NCBI GenBank assembly: GCA_011364975.1
Contig: RDOE01000016.1
Location: forward strand, 1 to 54,649
Direction of reading: 5' to 3'
Source of the DNA: Promethearchaeota archaeon
GTDB taxonomy: Archaea; Asgardarchaeota; Lokiarchaeia; Sigyniarchaeales; SOKP01
Length of the DNA stretch: 54,649 nt
Shown: positions 28,431 through 38,902 of the stretch, in pieces
How positions within the stretch are numbered: position 1 is the stretch's first letter
Layout: each line of letters starts with the position of its first letter
Notes under the pieces: generated by a model
The model's database searches: none
Seen by the model: the letters and a program-made list of their open reading frames with translations, nothing else
Told to the model about the DNA's origin: nothing
Translations under genes and position numbers: made by a program

Positions 28431-30404
28431 ATGTCAAGTATTAAAAATAAGGTTTTAGAAATCCAAACTGATAAAGCAAAAAGCCAAAATTTAGAAGATT
28501 TCTTAAACTCAGAATTTAAGTTGGAAGTTCTTGAAGGATATTCAAAATATTTTAATGAGATTAAACAGTTTTCAGAAGAATATTTAATATCAAAGTCAAA
28601 CAATAATTATTTTCATTTAAAAACAGCAATATTTGATGAGATAGAACTAATTTATAACAACTTGACAAATTTAAGTTCTAATATAAGGAATGTTAAGCGG
28701 TTGATAAAAAATGGTAAGCAGCTTGAAGAGATATTAGGAAAATATAAGATACTTCTTGATAGAATTGAAACTTTTTTACCCCGATTGAAAAGTACCATTA
28801 CAAAAACAGAAAAAGAGTATAATAATGAAATTTATTTATGGATAAATAGTAATAAGATAAAGAACTTAATGTTTCGCGTGAATGATATCTCTGAAAATAT
28901 AAATAAATGGCAAGAAGTTAAAGATTTACAAGAATATATTAAAGATTTAATTGAAGCAAAAACTCAAAAGAAAATTAAATCATGGAAGGAGGTATTATTA
29001 TCACTTCATTTTAATGAATTGTACCAATATTTTTTAAGTAAATATGAAAAACAAATTAACGTATTTGATGACCTACTCTTTTTATTATATCGTAAGAACA
29101 TCATAGAGGAACATCAAGGGGAAGAATTTATTAATATTCTCGAAAGGAAAGAAGTGGTAAACAATTTAAAGATTAAGATGCGTCCCTTAATCCTCGCACT
29201 AATTAAGGATAAGCTTGAGGGTGATATCAAAGAGATTGAAAATTTAGATAAACAATATGATTTAACAGGAACGGGTATAGGAAAGTTAAATGTTGAGGAG
29301 CTTCTAAATCAAAAATTTAAAGATTTCTTGCCAAAATTAGTTGATTACTATTTTAAAGGATTAGATAAAAGATTTCAGAAGATAGCAAATCAAGTAGATA
29401 ATCCTGAGGAATTTATTGAAGTGGTTAATTCCTGTTATAATAAAATTGATAAATTTGCTTCTAAAATTGATGAAATTGATACTTGGATTCTACGGTTTGA
29501 TAACATTCTTAAACCTTATGAAAACATCACTGATTCATTAAAAAAGTCTATTGGAAATCTAAGTTCAGAAATTTATCGCCGTAAAGAAGAGTATTTGAAT
29601 TATATGAGTAATATTAGAGATGAAGGTTTAAGAATTGAGTTGAGGAACTTTGTTGATAAGAAAATCGAAGAAGTAAATAAGCTGATTCATTCATATGAAG
29701 ATGAAACTTCTGTAATTATTAGGGAAGAATTACCGCAATTAAAGGAAATTAGAGATTTATTAAAGGATTATAAAGAGAAGATTGACAAGATAAAAGAAGA
29801 AGTTTATTTTAAACTAGAGGCTTACAAGGAACATAACATAGATATGTACCAAGTTATTAAACATTGGGAGGACAATTTCAATCGTAAAAAGCAACAACTC
29901 ACTTTTTTACTTACAATTTTAATAAATAAGATTTTTAAAAGTTTTAGTGAGCTTATTGACAAGGAATCAATAATGTTTGCAGAAATAAGTGAAATTACTA
30001 AACAAACTGAAAATTTCGAAGGGCTACCTATTAATTTCGCATTATCCTCTTTTTTAGCAAATAAATTGTCTGAAAGCGAATTACGAGAAAGAATTACGGA
30101 AATTAATGCTAAAATTAACCAATTGACAACGAGTTTAGGATTGTATCAGATCGAAGCATCTAAAATGGAAGAGATTTTATCTAATAAAGTTAAAGTGAGA
30201 GAGGGAGTATCTGCCTCAAATGTACAGTGTACTGTTTGCCATAAAAACATTAATTTTGCAAAAGATAAGTTAATAACATGCCCTTTTTGTGCAAGCACAT
30301 ACCATTATCTCTGTGTTGCAGATTGGCTTTCCAAATATAACTCTTGTCCCATGTGTCAAAACCAATTCCTCGATCCAAATTTAGGAATTTTCGAAAATGA
30401 GTGA
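28431..30404 (+). CDS. Coiled-coil protein with C-terminal RING finger
   Basis: CTVC...CPFC...HYLC..WL...CPMC at the C-terminus; long heptad-rich body. ATG at 28431 is preferred over TTG at 28368. Confidence 0.8.
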   Translation: MSSIKNKVLEIQTDKAKSQNLEDFLNSEFKLEVLEGYSKYFNEIKQFSEEYLISKSNNNYFHLKTAIFDEIELIYNNLTNLSSNIRNVKRLIKNGKQLEEILGKYKILLDRIETFLPRLKSTITKTEKEYNNEIYLWINSNKIKNLMFRVNDISENINKWQEVKDLQEYIKDLIEAKTQKKIKSWKEVLLSLHFNELYQYFLSKYEKQINVFDDLLFLLYRKNIIEEHQGEEFINILERKEVVNNLKIKMRPLILALIKDKLEGDIKEIENLDKQYDLTGTGIGKLNVEELLNQKFKDFLPKLVDYYFKGLDKRFQKIANQVDNPEEFIEVVNSCYNKIDKFASKIDEIDTWILRFDNILKPYENITDSLKKSIGNLSSEIYRRKEEYLNYMSNIRDEGLRIELRNFVDKKIEEVNKLIHSYEDETSVIIREELPQLKEIRDLLKDYKEKIDKIKEEVYFKLEAYKEHNIDMYQVIKHWEDNFNRKKQQLTFLLTILINKIFKSFSELIDKESIMFAEISEITKQTENFEGLPINFALSSFLANKLSESELRERITEINAKINQLTTSLGLYQIEASKMEEILSNKVKVREGVSASNVQCTVCHKNINFAKDKLITCPFCASTYHYLCVADWLSKYNSCPMCQNQFLDPNLGIFENE

Positions 30405-30461
30405 GGTATTTTCAAATCTTCTTTGTTTATAAAATGCTATCTTTAATTTATTAGATAATCC

Positions 30462-31337
30462 TTACGCTTCAATTTGGTCGAAAAGAAAATTCATAAAGGT
30501 ACGGATTTGCTTATTAGCTAGAGTTTTATTATTAAAATTAGAATATAGGTAATTTCCTAAATAAGTCTTGATCTCAGCAATTAAATCTTCAAATCTTATG
30601 AAATTGTAATCCTCATTAAGAATGTCATTGTTTATAAGAGGCTTAATATGCTTTTGAATCAAGAAACACACAAAATTCACTAAGATTGTGTTAATATTCT
30701 CTTGATCATCGGGAGATAGTTCATAATCTCCTTTAATGATTTCTTCTTTAATATTATTTAACTGGAGAAGGGATATTTCTATATCTTTTGGTAGTCCAAT
30801 TTCCTTGATTTTCATAGCCATATTTCTTTGTACCGAAAAATCTTGTGTGGAATTGCAATAATCCTCTAAATTAGTAAAAAATCTTACTAAAAATTTGAAA
30901 TTATCCTCAATTTGATATAAGCTCTCCCAAGTATCAAAATTTAACTCAGTAAGGGTTGCTTCGATTTGTTTTTTTACTTTGTCAGAAATATCTCTTAGAT
31001 GCTGAGAATAATCTCCATATGGAAATCCATAGTAATAGCTATTATACTTTTCTTGCATATCTTTTGAATTTTGAGATAATACTTTTTCTTTTCGGACAAG
31101 TTCTTTTACGAACTTCATGATGTAATTACAATTAGGGCAATAAGTTGTCCAAGAGCTCAAAACCACTTCTGGTGGCTTAACAGCAGAGCTACTTATATAT
31201 CCGTTAAATCCGGATAATTTTTTCCCATCATGAGTCGAAAAAATTGTCTCTTCTGGATAAAATGTTCTAGGAATAAATTTATTTTCACAGACAGGGCAAT
31301 TGATCATGTTTTTTTCTTTCATAATTCCAAACATCAA
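30462..31337 (-). CDS. Hypothetical protein with N-terminal zinc finger
   Basis: CPVC and CPNC pairs; helical C-terminus. Confidence 0.65.
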   Translation of the reverse strand: MMFGIMKEKNMINCPVCENKFIPRTFYPEETIFSTHDGKKLSGFNGYISSSAVKPPEVVLSSWTTYCPNCNYIMKFVKELVRKEKVLSQNSKDMQEKYNSYYYGFPYGDYSQHLRDISDKVKKQIEATLTELNFDTWESLYQIEDNFKFLVRFFTNLEDYCNSTQDFSVQRNMAMKIKEIGLPKDIEISLLQLNNIKEEIIKGDYELSPDDQENINTILVNFVCFLIQKHIKPLINNDILNEDYNFIRFEDLIAEIKTYLGNYLYSNFNNKTLANKQIRTFMNFLFDQIEA

Positions 31338-31545
31338 CTATGATTTCAATAACTATTATTCGCTATTGATTTAAGGGAGATTTTAAATTAAAACAGGTTT
31401 AAAAATTGTCACCAGGTTTAATTTTTTTATTTATAAATTCCGAAATTTATATTCTTATATCTAAGGTGATCAAGTTTGCCTATTATATTCATGTGATACT
31501 AGGATATTTCTAACTTTTCAGCTTTTTAGAGTAGAAGACTACGTA

Positions 31546-32205
31546 TTAGATAGTAGGGGGATTAAAAATGATATTTAGAGCTAAATATACCCCAAAAATA
31601 ATCATAAAAAGAGAACAAGCTATCAATACATACTTATATATCTTAGGATTGAAGGCCTTCTTCCCAAAATGTACAATTGTGGAGATGGGAAGATACCAGA
31701 TCAAATCCCCTAATTCATGCCCTAAAAAAAACAATAAGATCCCTAAAGGATTTGCGAAACTCACATCATAAGAAATCAGAAAACCCAATCCAATCACGGC
31801 CCACCAGAACTCCCAATACGGATTCGAGAGGCTCACAATAATTCCACCTAAGAAACTATTACCCTTAAACCCCTTAATATTGTTCTCATTGATTTCTAAA
31901 CTAAAATTAATCTCTTGTTTCCTAACATCCTTAATTATCAGAATTCCATAGATTGTTAATAAAGTCCCTCCAATTATCCCAACAAAGGTAAGAAAAGTAA
32001 GATTCTGAAAGAACAATGACGCACCCGCTAAAAGAGCTATTATTAAAGCAAACTCAATAGTAGCATGCCCAAGAATTATATAAATACCGGCTAGATATCC
32101 TCTTTTCTGCTTTAAGGATTTATAAATTGTAAAGGTAAGTAAAGGTCCAGGAGATAAGGCTCCTGTTAATGCAACTAAGAAAGAGAATATAAAAATCTCA
32201 AACAT
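31546..32205 (-). CDS. LysE family translocator
   Basis: ALSPGPL, GHATIE and SLSNPY motifs. ATG at 32205 avoids overlap with the upstream gene. Confidence 0.9.
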   Translation of the reverse strand: MFEIFIFSFLVALTGALSPGPLLTFTIYKSLKQKRGYLAGIYIILGHATIEFALIIALLAGASLFFQNLTFLTFVGIIGGTLLTIYGILIIKDVRKQEINFSLEINENNIKGFKGNSFLGGIIVSLSNPYWEFWWAVIGLGFLISYDVSFANPLGILLFFLGHELGDLIWYLPISTIVHFGKKAFNPKIYKYVLIACSLFMIIFGVYLALNIIFNPPTI

Positions 32206-32240
32206 GATAGAATGAATAAAGAAATTATAGCAGAAAAATC

Positions 32241-32864
32241 TTATGAGAAGGGATTCATAGCCCAATTGATTAACCATACGATTATGATTAGTACAACTAA
32301 GATAGGAATCATAAATACAAGAAACATATAAGAGCCCTTAATCATTTCTCTTCTGAATGTTTTTAAACCCTTTTCCCAATCTTTTTGCGTCTTTTCTTGC
32401 CAGTTTTTAATATCCTCTTTTATTTTTTGTTTTCTCGCATCCCATTGTTCCTTATTTTCGATTCTCTTTTTTTCTAAATCGTTTGTCCACTGTTGGATTT
32501 TACTATCCCACTCATTTCTAGTTTTATTTATAAAATCGTCAAATTTATCCTTATTCTCATCCCATTCTTTTGTATCTATCTCAATAGTTTCTTCAACTTC
32601 TTTGCTCCATTTGTTCATTTGACTTTCCCAGCTATCTCCTATATCTTCGAAGAATTTAAAAAATTTATCTTTATTCTGATTCCAGAGTTCTTCATTTCCC
32701 TTTACATTATTTTCTATTGCTTTTTGTAATGTATTAAAACCATTGGAAATGTTGTTTGTAAATTCAGTCCAACCCTTTAAAAATGCATTATCAGCCTTTT
32801 TCAAAGGTTTTTTCTCTAAATTTTTATCAGAAGGTTGTTCCTCAAAATTATTTTCATTGTTCAT
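32241..32864 (-). CDS. Trp-periodic amphipathic repeat protein with C-terminal TM anchor
   Basis: Two 40-aa repeats with W spacing 18-7-15; single hydrophobic segment at the C-terminus. Confidence 0.7.
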   Translation of the reverse strand: MNNENNFEEQPSDKNLEKKPLKKADNAFLKGWTEFTNNISNGFNTLQKAIENNVKGNEELWNQNKDKFFKFFEDIGDSWESQMNKWSKEVEETIEIDTKEWDENKDKFDDFINKTRNEWDSKIQQWTNDLEKKRIENKEQWDARKQKIKEDIKNWQEKTQKDWEKGLKTFRREMIKGSYMFLVFMIPILVVLIIIVWLINWAMNPFS

Positions 32865-32949
32865 ATTGTTTTATATATGATTTTTTATATTTAAATTCAA
32901 ACACCAATTTCTCTAAATGAAACAAAAACTATACTTTTCATATTAATTT

Positions 32950-33342
32950 TTATACAAAAAATGACCAGATTCCCCCAATAAATAAACCAAGGCTTAGTAA
33001 AATAAAGTAAACACCCAGCATAATCCAAAATAAATACCAGCTTGAGAATCTTAGAGATTGCACAAAATTTTGCTTAAATAACGTCGATATAAGAAAAGCA
33101 CCTACTATTGCATCAATAAAATATGCAACTAATAAATTTGCAGGGAAAAAAGGTAAAAAATTCATAAGAATAAGAATCAATATCATTACAGCATTAATAA
33201 TAATAGAATAATAGAAGGGTTTATCAATATTTCTTTTTTTTACCCAATAATTAGTTGAAAAATAACCAATTATAAAAAAGATAGAATAAGAAATTAAATA
33301 TTGAATCATGTTGTTAAAGAATTCTCTGAAGTCGTTAATCAT
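32950..33342 (-). CDS. Small multi-pass membrane protein
   Basis: Four hydrophobic segments. Confidence 0.6.
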   Translation of the reverse strand: MINDFREFFNNMIQYLISYSIFFIIGYFSTNYWVKKRNIDKPFYYSIIINAVMILILILMNFLPFFPANLLVAYFIDAIVGAFLISTLFKQNFVQSLRFSSWYLFWIMLGVYFILLSLGLFIGGIWSFFV

Positions 33343-33420
33343 AGATAAATTTTTTGTTAAATAAAAAATAAGATAATAGAGTTTAAATTTTTATTCCCTC
33401 TATCATTTAGAAAAGATAAT

Positions 33421-34803
33421 ATGCAATTTGAAATTATAAAGAAAACACCTCTTTATTCAGTATTTTCAGAAGTTGGAAAACGGGTATTTCTACCTCAAGG
33501 AATTTTTTATTGGTCTGATCGTGCAAAAAATGAAGCTGAACTCATTGGGACGATTGGTGCCGCGTATGCCTATGAAAACGATTTTATTGATGGAGCTTCA
33601 TCTGAATGGGTTCCCTGTTATTTGGAAGGGATTAAACAATATTTTAAGAATCTAACTATTAATGATCTAGTTCCTTATCCTTCCATTCCAGGTATTAGTA
33701 ATTTACGTGAAATATGGAAAGCTTGGATAATAGAAAAATCACTATTCACTCAAAATAACCATCAGAGTGAACTTAAGAAATTAGAAGAATATATTACCTT
33801 GCCTATTGTTACTTCAGGAGTAACAAATGGTATTTTCTTGGCTTGTTCTTTGTTTCTTAATCCTAAAGAATATATAATCGCTCCCAACAAACGTTGGGGA
33901 AATTATGATAATATTGTAGAAAAATATTTAGGAGCAAGGATTAAACCCTTCGAATTTTTTAAAGACCAAAAATTCAATTTAGAAAGCTTTAGTACAGTAA
34001 TTGACGAGGTAGCTAAAGTACAGAATAAAATAATAATCATTTTAAACTTTCCAAATAACCCAACGGGCTATATTCCTTCAAAAGAAGAAGCTCAAAATAT
34101 TGTTGAACTTCTCATGACAAAGCAGAAAATCTTAGACATACCTATAGTAGTATTAGTCGATGATGCTTATGAACCATATATCTATACTGAGGATGGAATG
34201 GATAAATCCATTTTTTATAATTTGCAACTATTGGATGAAGATATCATCCCTGTAAAATTAGATGGTGCTACAAAAGAATTACTCTTATACGGCGCAAGGA
34301 TAGGTTTTTTAACGATCGGATTAAAACCAAGTTGGACAAAGAATGAGGTAGAATTTAATCTTTTAAAGACGGAAATAGATAATATTCTTTCGGGTTTTGA
34401 TAGAATTATAATCTCAAACAGTAATCATTTTTATCAGGCTCTTATGATAAAACTCTTCAAAGAGCAAGGAATTAAAAGTATTTTGGAAATGCGAAACAAA
34501 GTCCATCTGTTATTAAAAAAAAGATACGAATTAATGGTTTCTGAATTAAAAAAGATTAATAATCAAGATATTTCGATGGACCCAAGCTCCGGGGGGTTTT
34601 TCATATTCCTTAATTTAAATCCTAATAAATTCAAAGCAAACGATTTTACAGAATTTTTACTAAGAAATTATAAGGTGGGAGTGATCCCTATAGAAAAACC
34701 CCAAGAAAATGTTAATGGCATAAGAATTGCATTCTGTTCAATTGATCTCGATAATATTCGGGAATTCGTTAAAAGAATTGATGAGGCTCTTAAGCAGTTC
34801 TAA
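33421..34803 (+). CDS. PLP-dependent aminotransferase class I/II
   Basis: WGNY, NFPNNPTGY, DDAY, DGATKE...GARIGF and IRIAF motifs. Confidence 0.92.
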   Translation: MQFEIIKKTPLYSVFSEVGKRVFLPQGIFYWSDRAKNEAELIGTIGAAYAYENDFIDGASSEWVPCYLEGIKQYFKNLTINDLVPYPSIPGISNLREIWKAWIIEKSLFTQNNHQSELKKLEEYITLPIVTSGVTNGIFLACSLFLNPKEYIIAPNKRWGNYDNIVEKYLGARIKPFEFFKDQKFNLESFSTVIDEVAKVQNKIIIILNFPNNPTGYIPSKEEAQNIVELLMTKQKILDIPIVVLVDDAYEPYIYTEDGMDKSIFYNLQLLDEDIIPVKLDGATKELLLYGARIGFLTIGLKPSWTKNEVEFNLLKTEIDNILSGFDRIIISNSNHFYQALMIKLFKEQGIKSILEMRNKVHLLLKKRYELMVSELKKINNQDISMDPSSGGFFIFLNLNPNKFKANDFTEFLLRNYKVGVIPIEKPQENVNGIRIAFCSIDLDNIREFVKRIDEALKQF

Positions 34804-34904
34804 ATAAAGTTATTTTTTTTCTTGACACTATTTATAAATACTTAAAAAGATGTAGTTTATATTTATTGTAACTTTTACAAAAAAAATTTTAGTAATGAGT
34901 AAAA

Positions 34905-35921
34905 ATGAAAATTTTTATGATAGATCAGGGCCAGTTGAAAGAAATCAATAAACCTGTATTTTCAACTGGAGATGTATATATCGTTGATGATCAAAGAACT
35001 CTCTATGTTTGGATTGGAAATAAATGTAGTGTTGATGAAAAAACTGCAGGAGCGGCCCATGCGAGGAGTTTAGACCAACAAAGAGGTGGCGCCGCAAAAA
35101 TTATTACTGTTGATCAAGGTCAAGAAACCCCTGAATTTTTGAAATTAATTAATACTCTCGGTGCTATGAAGGTCGTAGAAAAGAACGTTGCTAAAACACT
35201 ATTAAAAGATGTAAGTACTGGTGATTGGGCAGGCTTTTCCGAATGGAAAAACATTTTATATCGTGTATCTTCAGAGGAATTCGAAGGAATAAATGCGATG
35301 AAAATGATTCAAGTTCCTTTCTCTAAGGATTCCTTAGATACAGAAGATTGCTTTATTGCTGATTTGGGAAATAAGGTTTATATATGGCAGGGAAATGCAT
35401 GTAATGTAAAAGAAAAAGTTAAATCAGGGCAATGGGCAAGGCAAATTGATGCAGAAAGATCGGGATTACAGAATGAAACTATATTTGAAGAAGGAGATGA
35501 TATAGAATTCATAAGTGCTTTAATGCGTGGTGAAGATTACAAAGAATCTGATGCATTCCAATTAAGAGCGGAATCTGAATTAGAACCGGAAACTGAAGCA
35601 GATGAAGCCGTAGCAAGAATTCAACCAGAATTTAAATCTCAAGTAAGAGAATTTACTCCAGAAGAAATTAAATCAGATATTGCTGAAGTAAAAGCAACAA
35701 GCGCTTCAAGTGCCGGACCAGGAATTCCAGGTACCTTTGATGACTCAATACTTACAATTGATAAAATTGATGGTCGTAGAAAATGTCCCAAATGTGGTAA
35801 TGAAGACAAAATGAAAATTCATGAATCCACCGATAAAAGTAATATCATTCTCGACTACCCGAGAGTGTACGGGAAGATGTATCGCTGTGGAGAGTGCGGA
35901 ATCGCTTGGCGTGAAAAATAG
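34905..35921 (+). CDS. Two-domain gelsolin/villin-like protein with C-terminal zinc ribbon
   Basis: FSTGDVYIVD...LYVWIG...DEK and LDTEDCFIAD...YIWQG...KEK gelsolin repeats; C-terminal CPKCG...CGECG. Confidence 0.9.
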   Translation: MKIFMIDQGQLKEINKPVFSTGDVYIVDDQRTLYVWIGNKCSVDEKTAGAAHARSLDQQRGGAAKIITVDQGQETPEFLKLINTLGAMKVVEKNVAKTLLKDVSTGDWAGFSEWKNILYRVSSEEFEGINAMKMIQVPFSKDSLDTEDCFIADLGNKVYIWQGNACNVKEKVKSGQWARQIDAERSGLQNETIFEEGDDIEFISALMRGEDYKESDAFQLRAESELEPETEADEAVARIQPEFKSQVREFTPEEIKSDIAEVKATSASSAGPGIPGTFDDSILTIDKIDGRRKCPKCGNEDKMKIHESTDKSNIILDYPRVYGKMYRCGECGIAWREK

Positions 35922-35989
35922 ATTAAGTTTTAAGTAATATATTTTATATTTTTTCTCTTTTTTAAAATAAGTTCTAATATTTTTAAGAT

Positions 35990-37264
35990 TTAAGCTTTTT
36001 TACTGTCGCGTCGGAGAATTTTAATTTTCTTTTTTAAATCAACAAGTTCAGCATTTTTAGATTCAAGCTCTAGTTCCATTTTTAAATTTTTATCTTTCAC
36101 TTGTTGCATTTCTGTCAAGATTCTATCTTCAATCTGTTCTGTTTCATATAACTTATTTTTTAGATTGGTTTCAGCATCATGTAACTTCTTAATTTCATTC
36201 GTCTGATCATTTATTATATTTCTTAGATTTGAAAGTTCCAACTCAAATTTACCAGTAATATTACCAGACTTTTCTTGAGATTCTTCTAATCGGGATTGTA
36301 ATTGTGCAATAAAATTATCGCTAATTTTAGTTTTTTCTGTCAATTTCTCAACTTCCAGAACAAGTTCTTTAATTTTATTTTCCTTTTTCTCATTATCTTT
36401 TTTAGTTAGGCTAAAAGTCTCTAATTTATGTTGTAAATCCTTATTAGTTTGATTAGCAGTTTTTAAAGTATTTTCTAATTCAAAAATAACTTTTTCCTTC
36501 TCAGTGATAATCTCATCTTTTCTCTCTACTAAAACCTGAACTTTTTCATATTTAGACTTTTGAATGGTGTCATTTTGAAGATATTGAATTTGTTCTAGAT
36601 GTTCTTGAATTTGAGTATCCTTCTCTTGTAATTTTTGTATTAACTCTTGGTTAGTTTCTTGGAGAGATTTAAGTTCATCTAACTTTTTAGTGCTATTTTG
36701 GAGTTCTTGAGACTTTTCATTGACAATTTTATTTAACCTATCAATTTCTTCCTTTTGTTCATCGATTAATTTATTTTTATCATCTATTTTAGTACTTAAA
36801 TGTTGTGTTTCCGAATTTTTACTTTCTAATTCTGATTTGAGGTTATCTATTTGAGTGTTTAATTCCCCCATCGAAATGCTAGTCTCTGATTCTTTTTCTG
36901 TTGAATCAGAAAAATCTTTTACTCTGTCTTCAAGTTCGCTAATATATTCATCTTTTTGGTTAACTGATTGCAGTAGATTTTCAATGGTTGCATTATTATC
37001 ATTTACTAGTTGAAGAACTTTTTCTTTCTCTTCGGTAATGCTATCAGATGATAATTTAAGATTCTCATTCTCCTCCTTTAATTGAGTGATTTCATCGGTT
37101 AATTTTTTATTTTGTTCGATAAAAAGGGTTAATTGCTCTTTTAAATCCTCTTCTTCAACGAGAAGAGGAATTTCCTCATCTTTTTCTTCAACCCAACCAA
37201 GTGCAGAAAGGGCGTTTACCATTGACTCATCTTGTTCTTTCTGATCTCTCTGTTCCTCTGCCAT
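35990..37264 (-). CDS. Long coiled-coil protein
   Basis: Continuous E/K/Q/L heptads over about 380 aa with essentially no Pro. Confidence 0.75.
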   Translation of the reverse strand: MAEEQRDQKEQDESMVNALSALGWVEEKDEEIPLLVEEEDLKEQLTLFIEQNKKLTDEITQLKEENENLKLSSDSITEEKEKVLQLVNDNNATIENLLQSVNQKDEYISELEDRVKDFSDSTEKESETSISMGELNTQIDNLKSELESKNSETQHLSTKIDDKNKLIDEQKEEIDRLNKIVNEKSQELQNSTKKLDELKSLQETNQELIQKLQEKDTQIQEHLEQIQYLQNDTIQKSKYEKVQVLVERKDEIITEKEKVIFELENTLKTANQTNKDLQHKLETFSLTKKDNEKKENKIKELVLEVEKLTEKTKISDNFIAQLQSRLEESQEKSGNITGKFELELSNLRNIINDQTNEIKKLHDAETNLKNKLYETEQIEDRILTEMQQVKDKNLKMELELESKNAELVDLKKKIKILRRDSKKA

Positions 37265-37374
37265 AATAATAAAAACATATCTTATTATTCTATTAAATTT
37301 TTCGATACTTTCATCTTACTTTTAAAAAAAAGTATAGTAATCAAGACTAATTAAGAGAAAAAAGGAGAATAAAG

Positions 37375-37863
37375 TTAATAGACTTTAGAAAATACATACT
37401 TTCGATCTAAAAAGAATTTAGTTAAATATCCAATTGATAAAGCTATGATAAAGCTTAGTTCTAATGGGGAGTTTAAGAAATTTGTTAATATAAACTGAAT
37501 CCCGATATTTTCTATTGTTGTAAGGATTGCAAAACCGAAGTATTTTAAAAATTCTTTAGATGTTTCTCTGATATTCGATTTACCCTTTTTAAATACGATA
37601 TATTTATCTAAAAAGAATTTGATGATGTAAGTAATTCCTACAGCAACTATAGATCCAATCAGCTCAGGCATATTATAAGGATTGGTTGAACAGTATATTA
37701 AATTAATAAATTCATTACTCCCAAAATAAGAGCAAATAAATGGAGCTATTAAAACCTGATTAAGTTTTTGAATTAAATAATTTAAAATAATCATGAAAGC
37801 CGCAAATGTAAAGTATAGAACCATTTGTTTTTTTATCGTATATTCTTCATTCAAAATTATCAC
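37375..37863 (-). CDS. GtrA-like membrane protein
   Basis: Duplicated KFFLDKYIVF / KFFLDRKYVF ends and FLKYFGF; 4 TMs. Confidence 0.75.
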   Translation of the reverse strand: MIILNEEYTIKKQMVLYFTFAAFMIILNYLIQKLNQVLIAPFICSYFGSNEFINLIYCSTNPYNMPELIGSIVAVGITYIIKFFLDKYIVFKKGKSNIRETSKEFLKYFGFAILTTIENIGIQFILTNFLNSPLELSFIIALSIGYLTKFFLDRKYVFSKVY

Positions 37864-37864
37864 A

Positions 37865-38176
37865 TTATTGAGTTAATTCTGTCCCGCAATGAGGACAGTA
37901 TCTTGGATGTTCTTCATTAATGACTTTTTCACAGTTTGGGCATTTATAAATATAATAATATGTTCTTGGAAGCTTATATGATCTTTGGGAGGAGGGTTCT
38001 ATAGATTCAAGTTGTAGATTGTTTGAATCATGCCTGTTGCGTTTAGTAAAGCAAGTTCCACCTAATGGTAGAATGAATACAAGGGGTAAAAAGTAAATCT
38101 GTCCAATTGTAAGAAATAGAATAAGACTTATCATTGATAAAATTATTCCAATAAGGGTAATGATATATGCCTTCAT
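37865..38176 (-). CDS. Small membrane protein with C-terminal zinc ribbon
   Basis: Hydrophobic N-terminus; CPNC...CPHCG. Internal ATG at 38176 avoids overlap. Confidence 0.6.
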   Translation of the reverse strand: MKAYIITLIGIILSMISLILFLTIGQIYFLPLVFILPLGGTCFTKRNRHDSNNLQLESIEPSSQRSYKLPRTYYYIYKCPNCEKVINEEHPRYCPHCGTELTQ

Positions 38177-38204
38177 TATTTCTGATAAAGTAATAATTGG
38201 TAAA

Positions 38205-38828
38205 TTATCGTTTAATCTTATCTTTCCAGGAATCACCCTTATTGGGATCCTCTTCTGTTTTTGGAGACTTCCTTATGTAAGACTCCGATATAGGCCTAGT
38301 CAACTGAATATTTCCTTCTGTTTCCTGTTGCTGTAAAGATAACATACCCAGTATCTCTTTTGATGCTTTTTTTCTTCTATCTTCCTTGCCTGTCATTTTT
38401 CGATATGTCTTTTTTCCACCCCATACTAATAGGTTTAAACCAATTGAAAATAAGAAATAAAGTGCAAACCATCCACTACCAAATATCAAGATAGGAAATG
38501 GAAATATTCCTTCGTTATAATCTGCATAAAAGACACTAAGAATCGCAAAAATACCGAAAAATATTAAACATCTTACACATGAAGGTATTAATTGTTTCTT
38601 CATCATTTGTTTAGAAAGTTGGACAGACTCTTGTTGCAATTTGTACATTTCACCCATATCTTGGGTTAATTGGGCGGTCTTCATTCTCTCTTGTATATTT
38701 TTGGCCTTATCTCTCAATTCTCGGGCGGTATCCATGTTTAAGCCCATTAATTTATTTAATAATTCACTGAATCCGACCATTGCCACTGTAATTAGAAAAA
38801 TTTGGACTATAATATCTCCATTTGCCAT
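38205..38828 (-). CDS. EMC3/TMCO1 (DUF106) family membrane insertase
   Basis: TM1, cytosolic coiled coil (ELRDKAKNIQERMK...LQQE...MMKKQL), TM2, then FGSGWFALYFLFS. Confidence 0.8.
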   Translation of the reverse strand: MANGDIIVQIFLITVAMVGFSELLNKLMGLNMDTARELRDKAKNIQERMKTAQLTQDMGEMYKLQQESVQLSKQMMKKQLIPSCVRCLIFFGIFAILSVFYADYNEGIFPFPILIFGSGWFALYFLFSIGLNLLVWGGKKTYRKMTGKEDRRKKASKEILGMLSLQQQETEGNIQLTRPISESYIRKSPKTEEDPNKGDSWKDKIKR

Positions 38829-38902
38829 AAATTAATCACTATTATAGGAAAATTACTATTAAAATTAAATTTTTTTATATATAACTCAATATTCTATATT
38901 TG

